A stretch of 63,669 bases of DNA, the filler included, from Platydemus manokwari (taxonomy: Eukaryota), in assembly GCA_037951405.1 (NCBI GenBank). It is 6 parts of 6 records of this genome, joined end to end, with 100 filler letters (N's around TTAATTAATTAA, not from the genome) between each part and the next. Parts side by side here need not be neighbours in the genome. Positions count along the whole stretch, not along the records: positions 9,995 to 20,409 come from JBBMOY011135439.1; positions 20,510 to 32,200 come from JBBMOY010519997.1; 4 more parts are not named here. One strand, 5' to 3'. Below, one piece after another: positions 13,017 to 25,900 of this stretch. The position numbers and the translations under genes were made by a program. Under the pieces are notes generated by a model. That model was not told where the DNA came from. It saw nothing but the letters and a program-made list of their open reading frames with translations, and made no database searches. Position 1 is the first letter of the stretch, and every line of letters starts with the position of its first letter.

Positions 13017-13696
13017 TTATATTCTGAAAGTGCACTTAGCCCTTGAACTTGATTTATTTTGTGCATCAGTATGAGCTGTATATTCAATAGTACAAGTCAA
13101 ACCTAGAGCATCTTTAATTTTTTGTCCAATGCGTTTAATAGCCTCTGATGAAGAGCAATCTGTTGTCCAAACACTGACTCTATCACCTTTCCCTCTAATA
13201 TTCACAACAGCACCACAAATTTCGTCGGAGTCATCTTCGAATATTTCACCCACTAATAACATAAGAATTTCCAACCAGCATGGATCAAGGTGAGATGTTC
13301 GCTGAGTTCTATCAAATGATAAGAGCCACATTCCACCATTTTTATTCCTTTCATCCTCCCACATTGGCTGAATGACATCTTTAAATACATAATAATCACA
13401 CCCAGATGGTAATTTGGATGGTGGAGCAATGTGATTCATAAGTCCCCAAAAGCCTTCGACAGTGTCAAAGTCAATAACTTTTTTCATGTTGTCAATCCAG
13501 TCTTTACTTCTATCGTTTTTGAAAAAATAAAATGTCCACCTAGATTAAATTAAGATAAATTTCAAATTTATCATTTTTACTTATTTTGTAGGTAGTGTAA
13601 TTCTGAGTCTTGATTTAAAGTCTTTATGTTATCGTCATTACTATCATCTTCAACTTTTAAATTTGCCAAATTTCCCAGTGATGTTTCTTCAACCAT
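13017..13696 (-). CDS. eIF4E: Eukaryotic translation initiation factor 4E (class I); exons 13696-13581 and 13539-13017, 212 aa
   Basis: HYLQNK|WTFYFFKNDRSKDW, FDTVEGFW, PMWED, GG.W, DEICGAVVNIRGKGDRVSVW. A 41-nt GT..AG intron (13540-13580) joins in frame to the ATG at 13696. Confidence 0.96.
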
Positions 13697-16600
13697 ATTC
13701 TAAAAAATTTAAAACATTAATTTGGGCAACTTAGCTGTTCGAAAAGAAACGTTAACATAAAGTTTAAAATATTGACACATGCAATTATTTTAAATTGTAA
13801 ATATACGATAAGAATAAAACAACACGCACTTTGTGCAATTCAATTTAAATAAATATAATTTAAACTAAATTTTGTTAAATTTGTTAGTTAATCTAAATTA
13901 TTTTATTTTAAAAAAACTGATTTTTTTTATTAATTACTTAATGAAAATAAAAATATTTAGATGCCTCATAAAAGCTTTTTTATTAATTTTTTACTTATTT
14001 ACACAGTTACAAACCATTAATTAAAAATAGACGACTTCTACTTCTGAGTGTTTTACAATAATTTTTTATAAATTTTAATTTGTTGTGCGTATTGCAAAGG
14101 TTTTTGTAGTTTATTTAATTATATTCGTCAAATACATTTTGAATTCTTTTAATTAAAGTTTTTACAAAGAATTTTAGTTGAATGAAATAAATTACGAAAT
14201 ATATTATACATTTGAAATTTCCTAAAATTTGGTTATTTGAAAAATGAGTCAAAATTGATCAAACTGTAATTTATTAAAAATTACCAAGGCACCCACATTA
14301 GAAGCAAATTGGGAGATATATTTTAAACTATTTTCATTTATGTTATAAAAACAAGTAATATTAGATTACCTCACGTGTAATTGATTTACCAAATTAATTT
14401 ATAATTTAATTTTGTTTTTAATTTACAAAATCAAAAATTCATATAGAAGCGTTATGGGCAAACAAACTTAATTTAGATTCAACATAAATTAATTTTTACT
14501 TGAAATATAATAAAAAAATTTTCCAATGAATAATTCCAATTAATAAATAAAAACCACTGTTCTTAGTGTGATCATACTTTATATAGTGATTTTGTAGCAT
14601 GCATGTTGTTAATCATCTTCTTATCAGATCACATTGAATTGTTTTCTTAATAATTTAACTGACCACTTTTTCCTTTAATCTCCACAGTTACTATTTTTAT
14701 TCCTGCTTGTTTTTTCCTAGAATGTAAGTCGCCTTACATGATTTCTAATTCCTCTTTTCCAATTATAAATTCGATATTTTCCTTAAAATTCTCATTTTTC
14801 TCTCTTTCGTATTTTAATATGCTTTATTAGTTTTATATGCCATTAATTCTTGCCTTTATTTCAGTTACTTTTCGGTCTCTAGACAACTTTGCTTATTTAT
14901 TTAACCACAATTTTGCCTTCACCATCTACAACTTAGACCCGTTCCCAGAGCTCTAAAGAGACTCAGGTAGTAATTTAACCTCAGTATCATATTGATTCAT
15001 CTCGAAATTACATAACTTGTCCAAAAACAAGTGGAACTGTATGCATAATGAATTTCTTCCTAATATTATATTTAACTCAACTGGACTTCAATTAATTTCT
15101 ATATATTTCATAAATCAAGTCGATTGTTATTATAATTAATCTGTTTTTATGAACTTCATTAATTAACGATAACTTGAAAATGAATTATTTGTTTATTAAA
15201 ATAAATATTGTTGAGTAGAGACAAAATCTCTTAAAAATAAATACGATTTTTAACCTTGGAACTCTTGTTTTAGCTCGTTAAGCATTTCCAACTCTATACA
15301 ACCATACAGACATAGCAACCAACCCATCGCAGCTGACTTCAGTGGAAAATCATAATTCGAAAAATGAATACAACCGCACTGTAAAACACATAGGGATTGA
15401 CCAATCCCGAATTCACCAAATTAATATATTCAATTAGAACTTCAAAAATAAAAGATCAAATCAAAACATGACACAAAAAATTACGAATAAATCTCAAGCT
15501 TAAATGCTTATGCAAATGTTGGGTATTAATCAACAATTAGTTCAGAAAGTTATATTACCAAAAGTGTTACATTCTTAATCACAACAACTACAATGAAACC
15601 TCTCTATAATCAACAATAGTTTATCACACAAGATGGGATCAGGAACCAAAAGTCAAAAACAAAACAGAAAGTAGCTAAAAAGACTGGTTACTGAAAATCA
15701 CACAAAGTTACGACTAATACACAAGTTACCAACAAAAAAAACTGTCAATTACTCATGGAACCCAACACAAATACAAGAAAAACATAAAATTTCAAAAAAT
15801 AGCGATTTCCATACAATACTACGCGATAAAAATATAATTATTCAAAGGAGTTCAACATCTTGGAAAGTTAATGGTTAATGAAACCCCATTGCCATATTGG
15901 GGCAAGATATTTGAGACGAAGTTCTATTATATGAGTACATGATTTTACAAAATGATAAGTTCATTTAGTTCCGTATGAACTCTATGGGTATGATATCTTC
16001 GAATTTCGGCAATGATTGCGTAGCTTCGAATATCTAATTGATTACGAACACATGGTTCAGATAATGAGTAAGAGCACTGTGTTGTTCATCTCTATTATAT
16101 TAAAATTTTCTCACGTGTTTGTCATGGGTTATTTAATATTTCTTAATCCATCATTTAATTTATTTTAGGATTTTATACAGGTATTCTATACGATATGGTT
16201 TTTATTGATTTCAATTTTTCTCGTATGACAAATATAAGGATAATTTATTTTACAACAATTTCAATTGCTAACCAAGTAGTTTCACATATAATGAAAATGA
16301 TTAACATTAAAATACTTTCATTTATAAAAAATCAAATAATATTTATTATTGTACATTGTATTTATTACATTCAATACCAACGTACCATTTCCATTAGATA
16401 TTATATTAGTTTTGTAAATATGTATGTTACAAAATGATTTTTGGGTTAAAATATAAGTGCTTGAAAATTATATAAAAAATTCATTAATTTTTGAATATAT
16501 TAGTTTTTATAGAGTTTCTCAAAATTACAACAGTCTATTATCCAACACACTGTTAACAACATCAAATGCCTAGAATATCACCGCACTGATTGCACTCATA

Positions 16601-19600
16601 CCCGATGTGGAAGTTGTGATAAATTAATTTTAGTCATTTTTAATAATAATAAGAAGCAAAGTATAATTATTAATAATTAAAAGTCTAATATTATTATATT
16701 ATTCCTAATAAAAATTGCATTTAATTTTCGAAATCCAAGGAAACTCAAATAATCCAAACACGGGCTTGTTTGAAACTGATTTAAATATTTGTTCTCAGAG
16801 AATATAATTGAATTCACGCTTTTGTGTAATACCAAGGTCAATGCTAAAAAATTCCTTCCTGTTGATAGTAAATTGACAATACCTACGCTTAGAAAAATAG
16901 ATTCCACTAACATTGTAACCTGATATTTTGTACAATTTCCTCCGTTTGTTGAGCCAGCAATCTGGTTTATAATAATCTACTTCATTGCTTACAGTTACTT
17001 GTTACAGATTGCTGTAGTTTGTATAAAAATGGTAAGATAATAATTTAAAGTTTTTTCAATCTACTATCAACGATTTGAATAAACGAAGGTTATAAATAGG
17101 AAGTTTTTAAATCTTTAACTTAACTGACTTCCAGCAGAAAATAGATTGCTATCAGTTAATCGACAATATAAGAGAATAAAAATAATATTTAAATTACATA
17201 TCCCCAAAAAATAAGGCAATACAATAATAACAACCAGTGACAAGCAGTGAACACAATAAGATATATATTCAAGATTAATTAAAATTCACGATTTTATTAT
17301 TCTAAAGATGTATAATAAATAATTCACTATTTTGGAAAGCGATAGGATAGATACTCATGGTTAACAATATAGAACGTGCGACTTAGGTGACCCGAGGCAT
17401 CTGTCAATAAAAATGATGGAATTAGTAAAATTGTTTCTCTTTAAATTTTAGAAGATTGCAGAGTTAAAAAGTTTTCCTGAATAATAAAATAAAATGCCTT
17501 ATTTAATGAATGTCATACAAATTGTTTTCAATAAATAAATTATTTACAAAGTAAATGTTTATGCAATTGTCGTGCTACTTGAATGAAGTTTATTTGACAA
17601 ACGTAACTCTTATTAGTAGCTTAAGTATTGGCTTATAATTTACAAGGATGTGTATGCTTTTTCCTTTTGTTACTATGTTTAATATGATGGGTAAAACTTT
17701 TAGTTATATTTCGATTTTTGGTAATAGTATATTTAGTTATAGTATATTTAGCAATATTAGTATTAGTATCTAAACTTGTTGCTATGTTTAAACTGATATG
17801 TTCAAACAAATAATAAATTTATACAATAAAACAACATTTCAATTTATCATATTGAAGTTTTTAATTATGTATATCTTTCAAATTTAAATTTTATTTATAT
17901 ATTTCTAAATATGTTTTAAGTTCTATGGCTTACTTTTTTGATTTTCCAATTTTAAAAGAACCTAATTTTGTTTGTTTTTCATTTAAATTTCATTTTAATT
18001 AATTATAATTTATATTTTAGCTGCATTTCCTGTTAATCTTCGACATGTATAATTCTACCATTTATTATAATAGAAATTCGGTAAATCTTTCATGAAATTT
18101 ATAGTTAAATTCTATCGTGCTATACAGACATGATTAAAATTAAATTTTTTCAAATTAATCAGCATTAACTGAATGGAAATATAATTTTAATGCCAGCTAT
18201 TCCCACTTTATGTTTTATATGAAAATAACGGAAACTCTATTTGCCATTATTTATTTAAATAAACATTAAATCCAAACTATTAACAAATAAATAAGTTGAC
18301 CCTAATATTAATGAATTATACAGATTTTAATTAACCTTACAAACTTTTCTTAATATCGAAAATCTCTATTTCGTGTGAGTATATAACCATTTCTTAATAT
18401 ATTTTTTTAAATCAATCTTCACAATATTATTTAATTTATTCAAAAAATATATTACTCAAACTTCTGAAATTATATATTCAAAAATTAAACATAAAAATCA
18501 TATTTTATGTTATAAGTTTATAAAAATTTTATATAAAATGATTCAAAGATCTAAAAAAACAACAAACAGACACAAATAGTTAAATCGTCACTACAAACAT
18601 AGGTAAAATAAAGGAGTCCAAATAAAAATGTTCATGTTACCACGGACAGTTAAACAGCCAAATTGTAAACTTTGAAGAAAGTATACGAAAAACCATAGTA
18701 TATACGCTGACCATCCGAAAGGTACAAACAACGACAAAAATTGCTTACAATGCAAGACTAGTGTTGCTTTAAAGATTCGACTCTTTTTATGGACCTGTAA
18801 TGTGTGTTTAAATGTTGTCTTGAAGCTTTGCTTTCATCCGTTATGTGAAATATTTAATAAAAACTATCAAAAGGTATTCGGAGACTATGAAATGATCAAA
18901 AATGAGCCTATATGCGTGTGCATGATGAGTGCACCTCCCAGGTGCCTTAAAATTATCTTTCATGAGTGTGAATGAATTCTTAGAGGTTGTTCTCATTGTT
19001 CCCCATAGGTATTTTATTGCTTTTGTCACAATCTATACACATTCATATAAGATTTATTTCTTATCAAAGCATGGGTAATTTTTTAAATGACCACGAGTTA
19101 TATTTATATTCAACACCTTCATATTCTGATTCTCGATAGTTTAATGATACCTTTCTGAACCATTAAATATTTGTCGTGAAATGTCTTCAAGTAGTAATAT
19201 AATACTTATCATCTTTATTATTTTATAAGCCTTACTACAAAAATAATATTTAACTATATTTATGTCTATAATATTTCTGAGATATATTAGTACGTTCCGT
19301 TTCGGGCGTGTAATGATTATCTTATTTTGTTATCAGTCTCTGATATATTGCCAGAAGTTGCCTTGATTAGTCTTAATCAAGCCCAAGTTACAAACTATTA
19401 AAACCTTTTATTTGTTCTTTTTTCACTCCACATACAATATTAAATGAGAATAATATTTGTGGCAACAATGATCTTGATGATTTTAAAACTATCAGTCTCA
19501 ATTACTATTATTCCTCAATAACACTTTACTTCTATCAATGAACAGTTTGACGTTAAAATATTTATTAATATGACAACTATAACAATAACACCAATTATAA

Positions 19601-20134
19601 AAATGACATTTATTTTGGTGATCCTATCGAATTTCTGAATAAGAATACGGTTAATAAACTCCTTCTTATGGAGCAAAACCTTTATCTTTCAAGGGTGTTT
19701 AGTATAAACTTGATATTAGAAGATAAACGACAGACTATAATATTGATTAATTGTTTAAATAAAAATCGGACTCACATTACAAATTATTGGCATATAACAA
19801 TGGCTTCTTCGATGGCAATACGCTTTCTTTCTTCAACGAATTCTACTAATAAATCATTTTTTATGAATTTCCTAGACATATCTTCACTTTTAAGATTAGT
19901 AAAATTATTTGTAGATAGACACCATCTTTATAATGGAATCATACTTCTCTTACTTTGACCACTATGCAAAATATATCTGTTTGGGTTTCTCCGTAAATTA
20001 TAATGAATTTGGAACTCTTTCGTCCCAGGGGTGAGTCCTCTTTAAAATATCAAATTTCATTTCATTTCATTGAAAATTTTAAAAATTCTAATTCAACATT
20101 AGTTTTACTTAATTTTTTAATGTAATGTCTAGAC

Positions 20135-20260
20135 CAGGGGTCTCCAAACTTTTTCAGCAAAGAGTCGCATTGCAGATTTTTTAAAATTTGGAGGGCCAAA
20201 ACTATGATAGGTTTACAAAAAACTCAAACTAGCCAAAATATTTTTTATTAATTTTCCTGT
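20135..20260 (+). mobile_element. hAT (Charlie-like) transposon/MITE end
   Basis: Begins CAGGGGTCTCCAAACTTTTT, a typical hAT-Charlie terminal inverted repeat. It is abutted by a mariner end at 20261. Confidence 0.6.
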
Positions 20261-20409
20261 TATTGGGTCTATAACTTAAAAACCGGAATTTTTTTAGAAC
20301 AATTGAGTGTTTATTAAAGAAAATCTTGTACGATTCTGTTATCCAAAGTAATGTCCATCGGAAGTTACAACATTTCCCCATCTTTCGGGCAATTTGTGGA
20401 TGCCATCCC
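20261..20409 (-). mobile_element. Mariner transposon 3' end (cut by the gap)
   Basis: Minus strand DGIHKLPERWGNVVTSDGHYFG* is a mariner transposase C-terminus, followed by a TIR-like end at 20261-20290. Confidence 0.85.
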
Positions 20410-20509
20410 NNNNNNNNNNNNNNNNNNNNNNNNNNNNNNNNNNNNNNNNNNNNTTAATTAATTAANNNNNNNNNNNNNNNNNNNNNNNNNNNNNNNNNNN
20501 NNNNNNNNN
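20410..20509. other. Artificial scaffold gap with linker
   Basis: N run with TTAATTAATTAA. Confidence 0.97.
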
Positions 20510-20569
20510 TTTTTTATCTATAGGTTTATCTGATTTTAGTGCAGTGGTAATGGTTTATTTAGAAATGTC

Positions 20570-21240
20570 AATCAACAAATGTTTATAAGAACCAAAAAGA
20601 CTCTTGAGTACCAGGTGGGGGATTAGTGCCAACACTGGTCTCATTCCTATATTGACTTCCTCGGCTGATTAGTGCCGGGTCAATCCCTATACAATTCAAC
20701 GAATTACCACTATTAATAAGAGTTTTGTCCTCCGCTCGAATACTCTTCTCAACCTGTTTACTTTTGCTATGGCAAGCATACGCATGTCTCCCCCTAGGGG
20801 GACTTACTTCCGATCCAGCTCCATTCTGACCATTCCTAGCGGTAAAATATCAATAAAACTTGGATATGCTCGTGTTTTGGTAATCTTAACATATGAACTA
20901 TTTGTGTTATAGTTATAGGAAAGTGGATTATGATTATTATGTAATTTATTATTTTGTGGAAATGAATGAGCATTAGGTTCACTAGTAAGTGTTCTCGGAT
21001 TTTCATTCCTAGTTAAACCAGTGCGATTGCTGTTGTGGAGGGAATTAGATCTAGAAAAATGATCACTATGGTTGTAATAATAAGATAGTTTTCGTCTGTT
21101 GGATGTAAACGATATAAATCTAGTTGTAGCTGATTGTCTGCTAAGGTTATTGATTTTGTGGTTGATAGAGTGGAACAGTTTTATTCGAATTATTGGGTAG
21201 ATTGTAAGCTGAATTTCCATTTCGATCTCTAAAAACATTG
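20570..21240 (-). mobile_element. Possible Gypsy gag/protease remnant
   Basis: N/S/H-rich Gag-tail-like ORF ends in FIDILPLGMVRMELD. A small indel would give an aspartic-protease-like LDxGS motif. Confidence 0.35.
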
Positions 21241-21478
21241 TTTATAGAAAGGTAAGTATAATTATTAAATTGATTACGTAACTGATTAGGTTTAATTTGT
21301 TTTCAATTAATTTTAAAAAATTATTAAGTACTATTAGAGCTGCTATTCTTTATTCTTACATATAACCACTCATTTTTGACATATTATATACCTTACAAAA
21401 TAATTCTTAGACATTTACTGGATGAAATAAACATTTACATATGTAGTCACTAGTTTTCCATTGACAATTTTCGTATTA

Positions 21479-22279
21479 TGTGGAGTTTTCGTAACTCGAA
21501 GGTTGAGCGGTTTTCTAACAATCTGACTCCAAGGTTTGCGGATACTAGCACTTACTACTAGCCCTTATGACAACTTATGTAATAATAACACAAGACTTAA
21601 AAATATTTGATATAATAGGTGTACAAGCTGAATAACGATTATCAATATACAATCAGGGTGCAAGCTGAATAATGATTAATAAGCAGAGGTTCTAAAAGAA
21701 CAGATTCGCTACTTATCCCTAAAGATGATGGTTATTTCCGGTGCCGCCTAATAGCCCGGACAGACTTGGAGCCGTAAAGGTTTCGATAAAGTAAGGTGGC
21801 AAGCCCGTGAAGGGATTGCAGGCATAACAAAGAAATAAAACATAATTAAAGACATAAAATTACTCATGATAGTTTGAAGAGTCGCTACCAAGTTATTCGT
21901 TCAGATTAATTGTTAGCTCTGTAAGGCGATTTGACTGAGGGAGTGCTTGGTATTTATATCATTTTTGACAAGGCACGGCTTTGTTCACATGTTTGTTTTG
22001 CAATTAGACGTATTTGTTTAAATTTCCTCTCATGTTTTTGTATCGATAACATGTTTTTTTTGCTTTGTTTGTCTTTACTTGGTTTCAATGAATTGTCGTA
22101 ATTCAAGTTCCTTTATATTTACAAGCTTTGTTTGCTTTTACTTAATCTAAGTAAATCCACTCAATTCAAATTTCTTTATATTTACAATAAGAATTTTAAT
22201 TTTTTGAAATTTAATTTTTCTATATTATTTTATATTTATATTTTCTAAATACTTATAATTGTAGTTGCAATCCCTAACA
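21479..22279 (-). repeat. 3' LTR of the adjacent Gypsy element (distal end is 21911 or about 21479)
   Basis: Starts TGTTAGGG on the minus strand right after purine-rich ACAGGGACG. Inverted termini tgttag (21911) and ctaaca (22274-22279), a TATAAATA box near 21951-21958 and short internal duplications. Confidence 0.55.
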
Positions 22280-25200
22280 CGTCCCTGTAAATGTTAAGTG
22301 GTCAGGTTTTACATGCGAAATTTGAGCAGCATACTAAGGATTAATACATAAGCATAAGACAGAAAATATGATGCCTAATGGCGAATATCTTTAGTCAAAT
22401 TAGTCATATACACAATGTCACTTAGTTCGAATTGTTTGGTTTGGTTGGCTGTGCCGGCTGGCACCATTCACATGACTTCTCTTGGGAAGTATTTGGATCG
22501 ATGAATAGATTTGGATTACACCAGATACAACTATCACGTTGATCGGTGGTTGGTTTCGCTGCCGCTGTAGGTTTAGCTTTCTCTGGATATTATATCGCAA
22601 TTTCCAGATCTCTGTTGGCGAACTCCAAGCTTACTGTTCCTGGAAATAGCTGAGTTAGAAACCATAGTTTGTTGTCATCTTCGAAGGATCTTAAGATATC
22701 CTGTGATAGATACGGTAAGCCTGAGGGATCGAGTTGATTAATAGAGTCAATTAATAGAGTCTTGGCGAGATTTGATGTTGAGTTGCTTTTCTCTAACGAT
22801 GTATTCCGAGTTTGCACACTTGGTTGTTTTGGCTCCCGTTCGTCTTCTGTTGCGTCCAAGTCAACGTAATCCCTATCATGACGTGGTCTTTATACTTGTG
22901 GTTTTCGTTGCGCAATGTGTATTGTTTCATTTGATGATGCTTGTTTTAATGGAATTCCTTTTGATGTTTTCTTTAGCGTTATTGTTTTTGATTCATCTAT
23001 TTTTAGGACTCTTGGGTGATTGAGCGGAATGGCTTTTACTGTTTTACTGAGAGTTACTGTTTTCGACTTATCTACAGTCACGATTCAAGAATTTCCTTCA
23101 GTTTCTGCTTGCCTGACCTGTGAAACGGGTTTTACTCTTTCAGATTGGTCAGGGGTTGCTTTCATTTTTAGTTTAACAAACGGATGGTTGATTCGTGTTT
23201 CGCCGGTTTCTTGACTGGTTGATGCCTTTGGTCTTTTAACTGCTGATTCTTCAGTCTTCTTTTTCAATTTCTGTGGTATTAGACTCAGCAAGAATTGTAA
23301 CGCACTCTTGTTAATTTCTCCATTGTTTATTAATTCGTCCTCTGGTATAGGATAGTGGTCAGCCCACTTATATTCCAATTCGATGTAGACACTTCGTATC
23401 TCCTCCAGTATATTGACTGTTCGGTTCGACTAGGCTGGTAGTTAGGTGCTATCTGTCTTAGGATTTTGTGCCATGCAAAGTGAGCTGCATGCATAATTCC
23501 GTATTCCGCAAGGCTTTTGGCTCGATATAGATCTCGTATACCCAGTAGACGATTAGAGGGTATACGGAAAGGTTCCAATAGCTCGGCCACTTTATAGTCC
23601 ACTAATAGATGCTGATCCACTATGACATTGACTTGGCGGATACATTTTATTTCGTCGATTTGCCCAATAATGTCTGCCTCTCGCCACACATCTGCTTCGT
23701 CTTCCTCCAACACCGGATATATTTCCTTGCAGCGATTTTAGTGTTGAGTAACTCGTGCCCTTCATAATCCCAGATGGTGACGGCTAAGGCGACAGTTTTT
23801 GTGTACGTGTCGTTAATTCGAGGAGCTGCTGATGCGATTCTGGCAGCAATGAACAATGTTTATGACTTGAGAGTGATAACTGAATCAACTGTTGAGTAAT
23901 GGTGTTGTAGTGAGAAAAGGGAATTCGAGGAATATTGATGATATCGTTGAATCCCATTTCTAACACCAATGTGTTTGGTACGCGGTGGTTAACGATTAGC
24001 CCGATTTGAGCCTGATGTCGCTTTGTTGAATTTCCAGGGTAAAAGCCTTTTCTAGCTTGATGGTCTCGAAGACACCTGCGATTCGAATTTCGACTGGTTG
24101 GACGGTAGTAGTGAGATGAACTACCTCCTTGTTGTGTGCTTGGCTTGCCTTTGGGAAATAGGTTACTAAGTCCTTGATTTCAGATTGGTCTCTGAAGACG
24201 ATAGAGATGTGGCGAGGTCGTCGCCCTTCGAATTTGAGATCGTTCAGTCGTAACATCCTATAATTAGATTTATAATGTGTGACTCGGTAGTCGTGAATTG
24301 GGCGAGTTGTATTATGGTCTCGCTCTTATTTGTTGCATGATAAGTATTGTTTATCTGAGTCCATTGCGTAGTGATGACCTCCATGATCTGGCCCTGTCGC
24401 AGTTGGTTAAAGATACATCGTGCAGTGTAGTGTTGTGTCCGACCAATCCCGTCTTGACCGATAATCGTCGTGCTGTAATGGTATCTTTGCTCCTGGTGGG
24501 CGGTAAATCCTAGCCAGAAGACTCCCAAATAACGTAGAGGCCCTTAAATGTACTAGCCAATTTGCTGGATACGCCCTTCTTGCATGTTTTTGATTCAAGC
24601 ATCACCTTATCTCCGACTTTGAAATCGTGTTCAGCAGTATGCTTATCGTATTGTTCCTTCATTTGCTGGAAGTTCTTGATGAAATTTGAGATTAAGGTTA
24701 GCTCTCTGCCAGGCATGGCTTAGGCGTTCCTTGAGTGTGACTGCGTAATCTTCGTGATCTATATATTGAGTGACCCTTGGTTCTATCCTTACGTTCACTG
24801 GTAGGTTTCTTTCTCAACCATACATCACGAAGAACGATGAGTAGTCTGTACAGGATGCGAGATAAACATCTCAATCCGTTTGTGTGTTATTGGTATAAGA
24901 TGCGAGCATATGGGTTAACGTCCCGTTGAATCGTTCGACCAATCCATCCGTCTGAGGATGGTATGGTGGCGTATTCAATTTAGTAATGTTGAATATACGA
25001 TTGACTTCTGTCAAGATGTTAAGGAATTCGGTTCCTCGGTGAGTAAGAAGTCGCTTAGGTGCTCCGTATCGGTAAACAATATCTTCGACAAAGCATTTAG
25101 CAACAGTATTTGCAGCTTTGTCAGGCAATGCATACGCTTCTGGCCAGCGTGTTTGGTAATCACAGAAAACAAGGATTTATTTATTGCCATGTTTTGCCAT

Positions 25201-25900
25201 TAGGTATGGTTTGATCACAAAGATGGGCCTTACAGCTGAGTAACCCTAGAAGTGTTAATTCGCTTCCATCGATTACAATGATGGATGCTCCGTTAGTATT
25301 CCCATTACTCACTGGTACGTTCAATATGAGAGGGTGAATGACAGTAGTGTAAGCACCCGTATCGACTAATGCAAAGACATGATGTCGATTAATTCTGATC
25401 GGTGTCAGCTTGACGGTGCAAGTTGACTCGTTGGTCATGTTACAGTATTCATTGTATCCCAGCTGGTTTTGTCTATTCATTCTGGCCAATAGGTCTGCAG
25501 TAACTTGTTCAGTTTGAGCTAAAACTTGTAGTTCCTGCTTTGGATACTGTCCATGAGTAGGATATTGTCTGTATGAAGAAGGCTGCATCTGTAAGTGTTC
25601 TCCGGATGTATCTGGTACATTTTCTGGCCTCTTGATGGGCATGGTCCCCATCCGAATTTTCTCATCATTTTCCCTCATTATTCGAATATTATGTTGCATT
25701 CGTAACGTTGGTTGTTTTGGCGGCTTTTCTATTACAGGCGGCTCAGTCCTCCATGGTCTATAGTCGTTATCGTCGTCGACAGAGGGCTAGTCTTTGATGA
25801 TTGAATCATTGACACTTCTAACCATTTTCATGTAGGATAGCCACTTCAATATCATTTATTACTTTGTCGAGTACAGCTGTTGTAATAGCATTTCGAATAT
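22280..25900 (-). mobile_element. Decayed Ty3/Gypsy element: gag tail - protease - (RT/RNase H deleted) - integrase - long accessory coding region
   Basis: Protease ALVDTGAYTTVI. Integrase DYQTRWPEAYALPD, YRYGAPKRLLTHRGTEF, TPPYHPQTDGLVERFNGTL, FKVGDKVML..KLASTFKGLY. About 2 kb of additional same-strand coding sequence lies before the LTR. Confidence 0.92.
23400..23900 (-). pseudogene. DEDDh-fold (ISG20/REX4-like) exonuclease-like cargo domain, frameshifted
   Basis: VALAVTIWDYEGHELLNTKI...EADIIGQ...IRQVNVIVDQHLLVDYKVAELLEPF...LLGIRDL follows the REX4/ISG20 pattern (ARVSIVN..G..VYD.YV.P...V..EV..LL...ILVGH....DL..L......IRDT). Match judged by eye. Confidence 0.55.

Noticed and set aside
15250-15800. 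Degenerate LINE-like A-rich coding remnant
   Set aside because: No RT or endonuclease motif could be read.
16540-17410. Possible multi-exon membrane protein/GPCR on the minus strand (ESIFLSVGIVNLL, LCSLLVTGCYYCIALFFG)
   Set aside because: I could not build a consistent spliced frame, and hydrophobic stretches are common by chance in AT-rich DNA.
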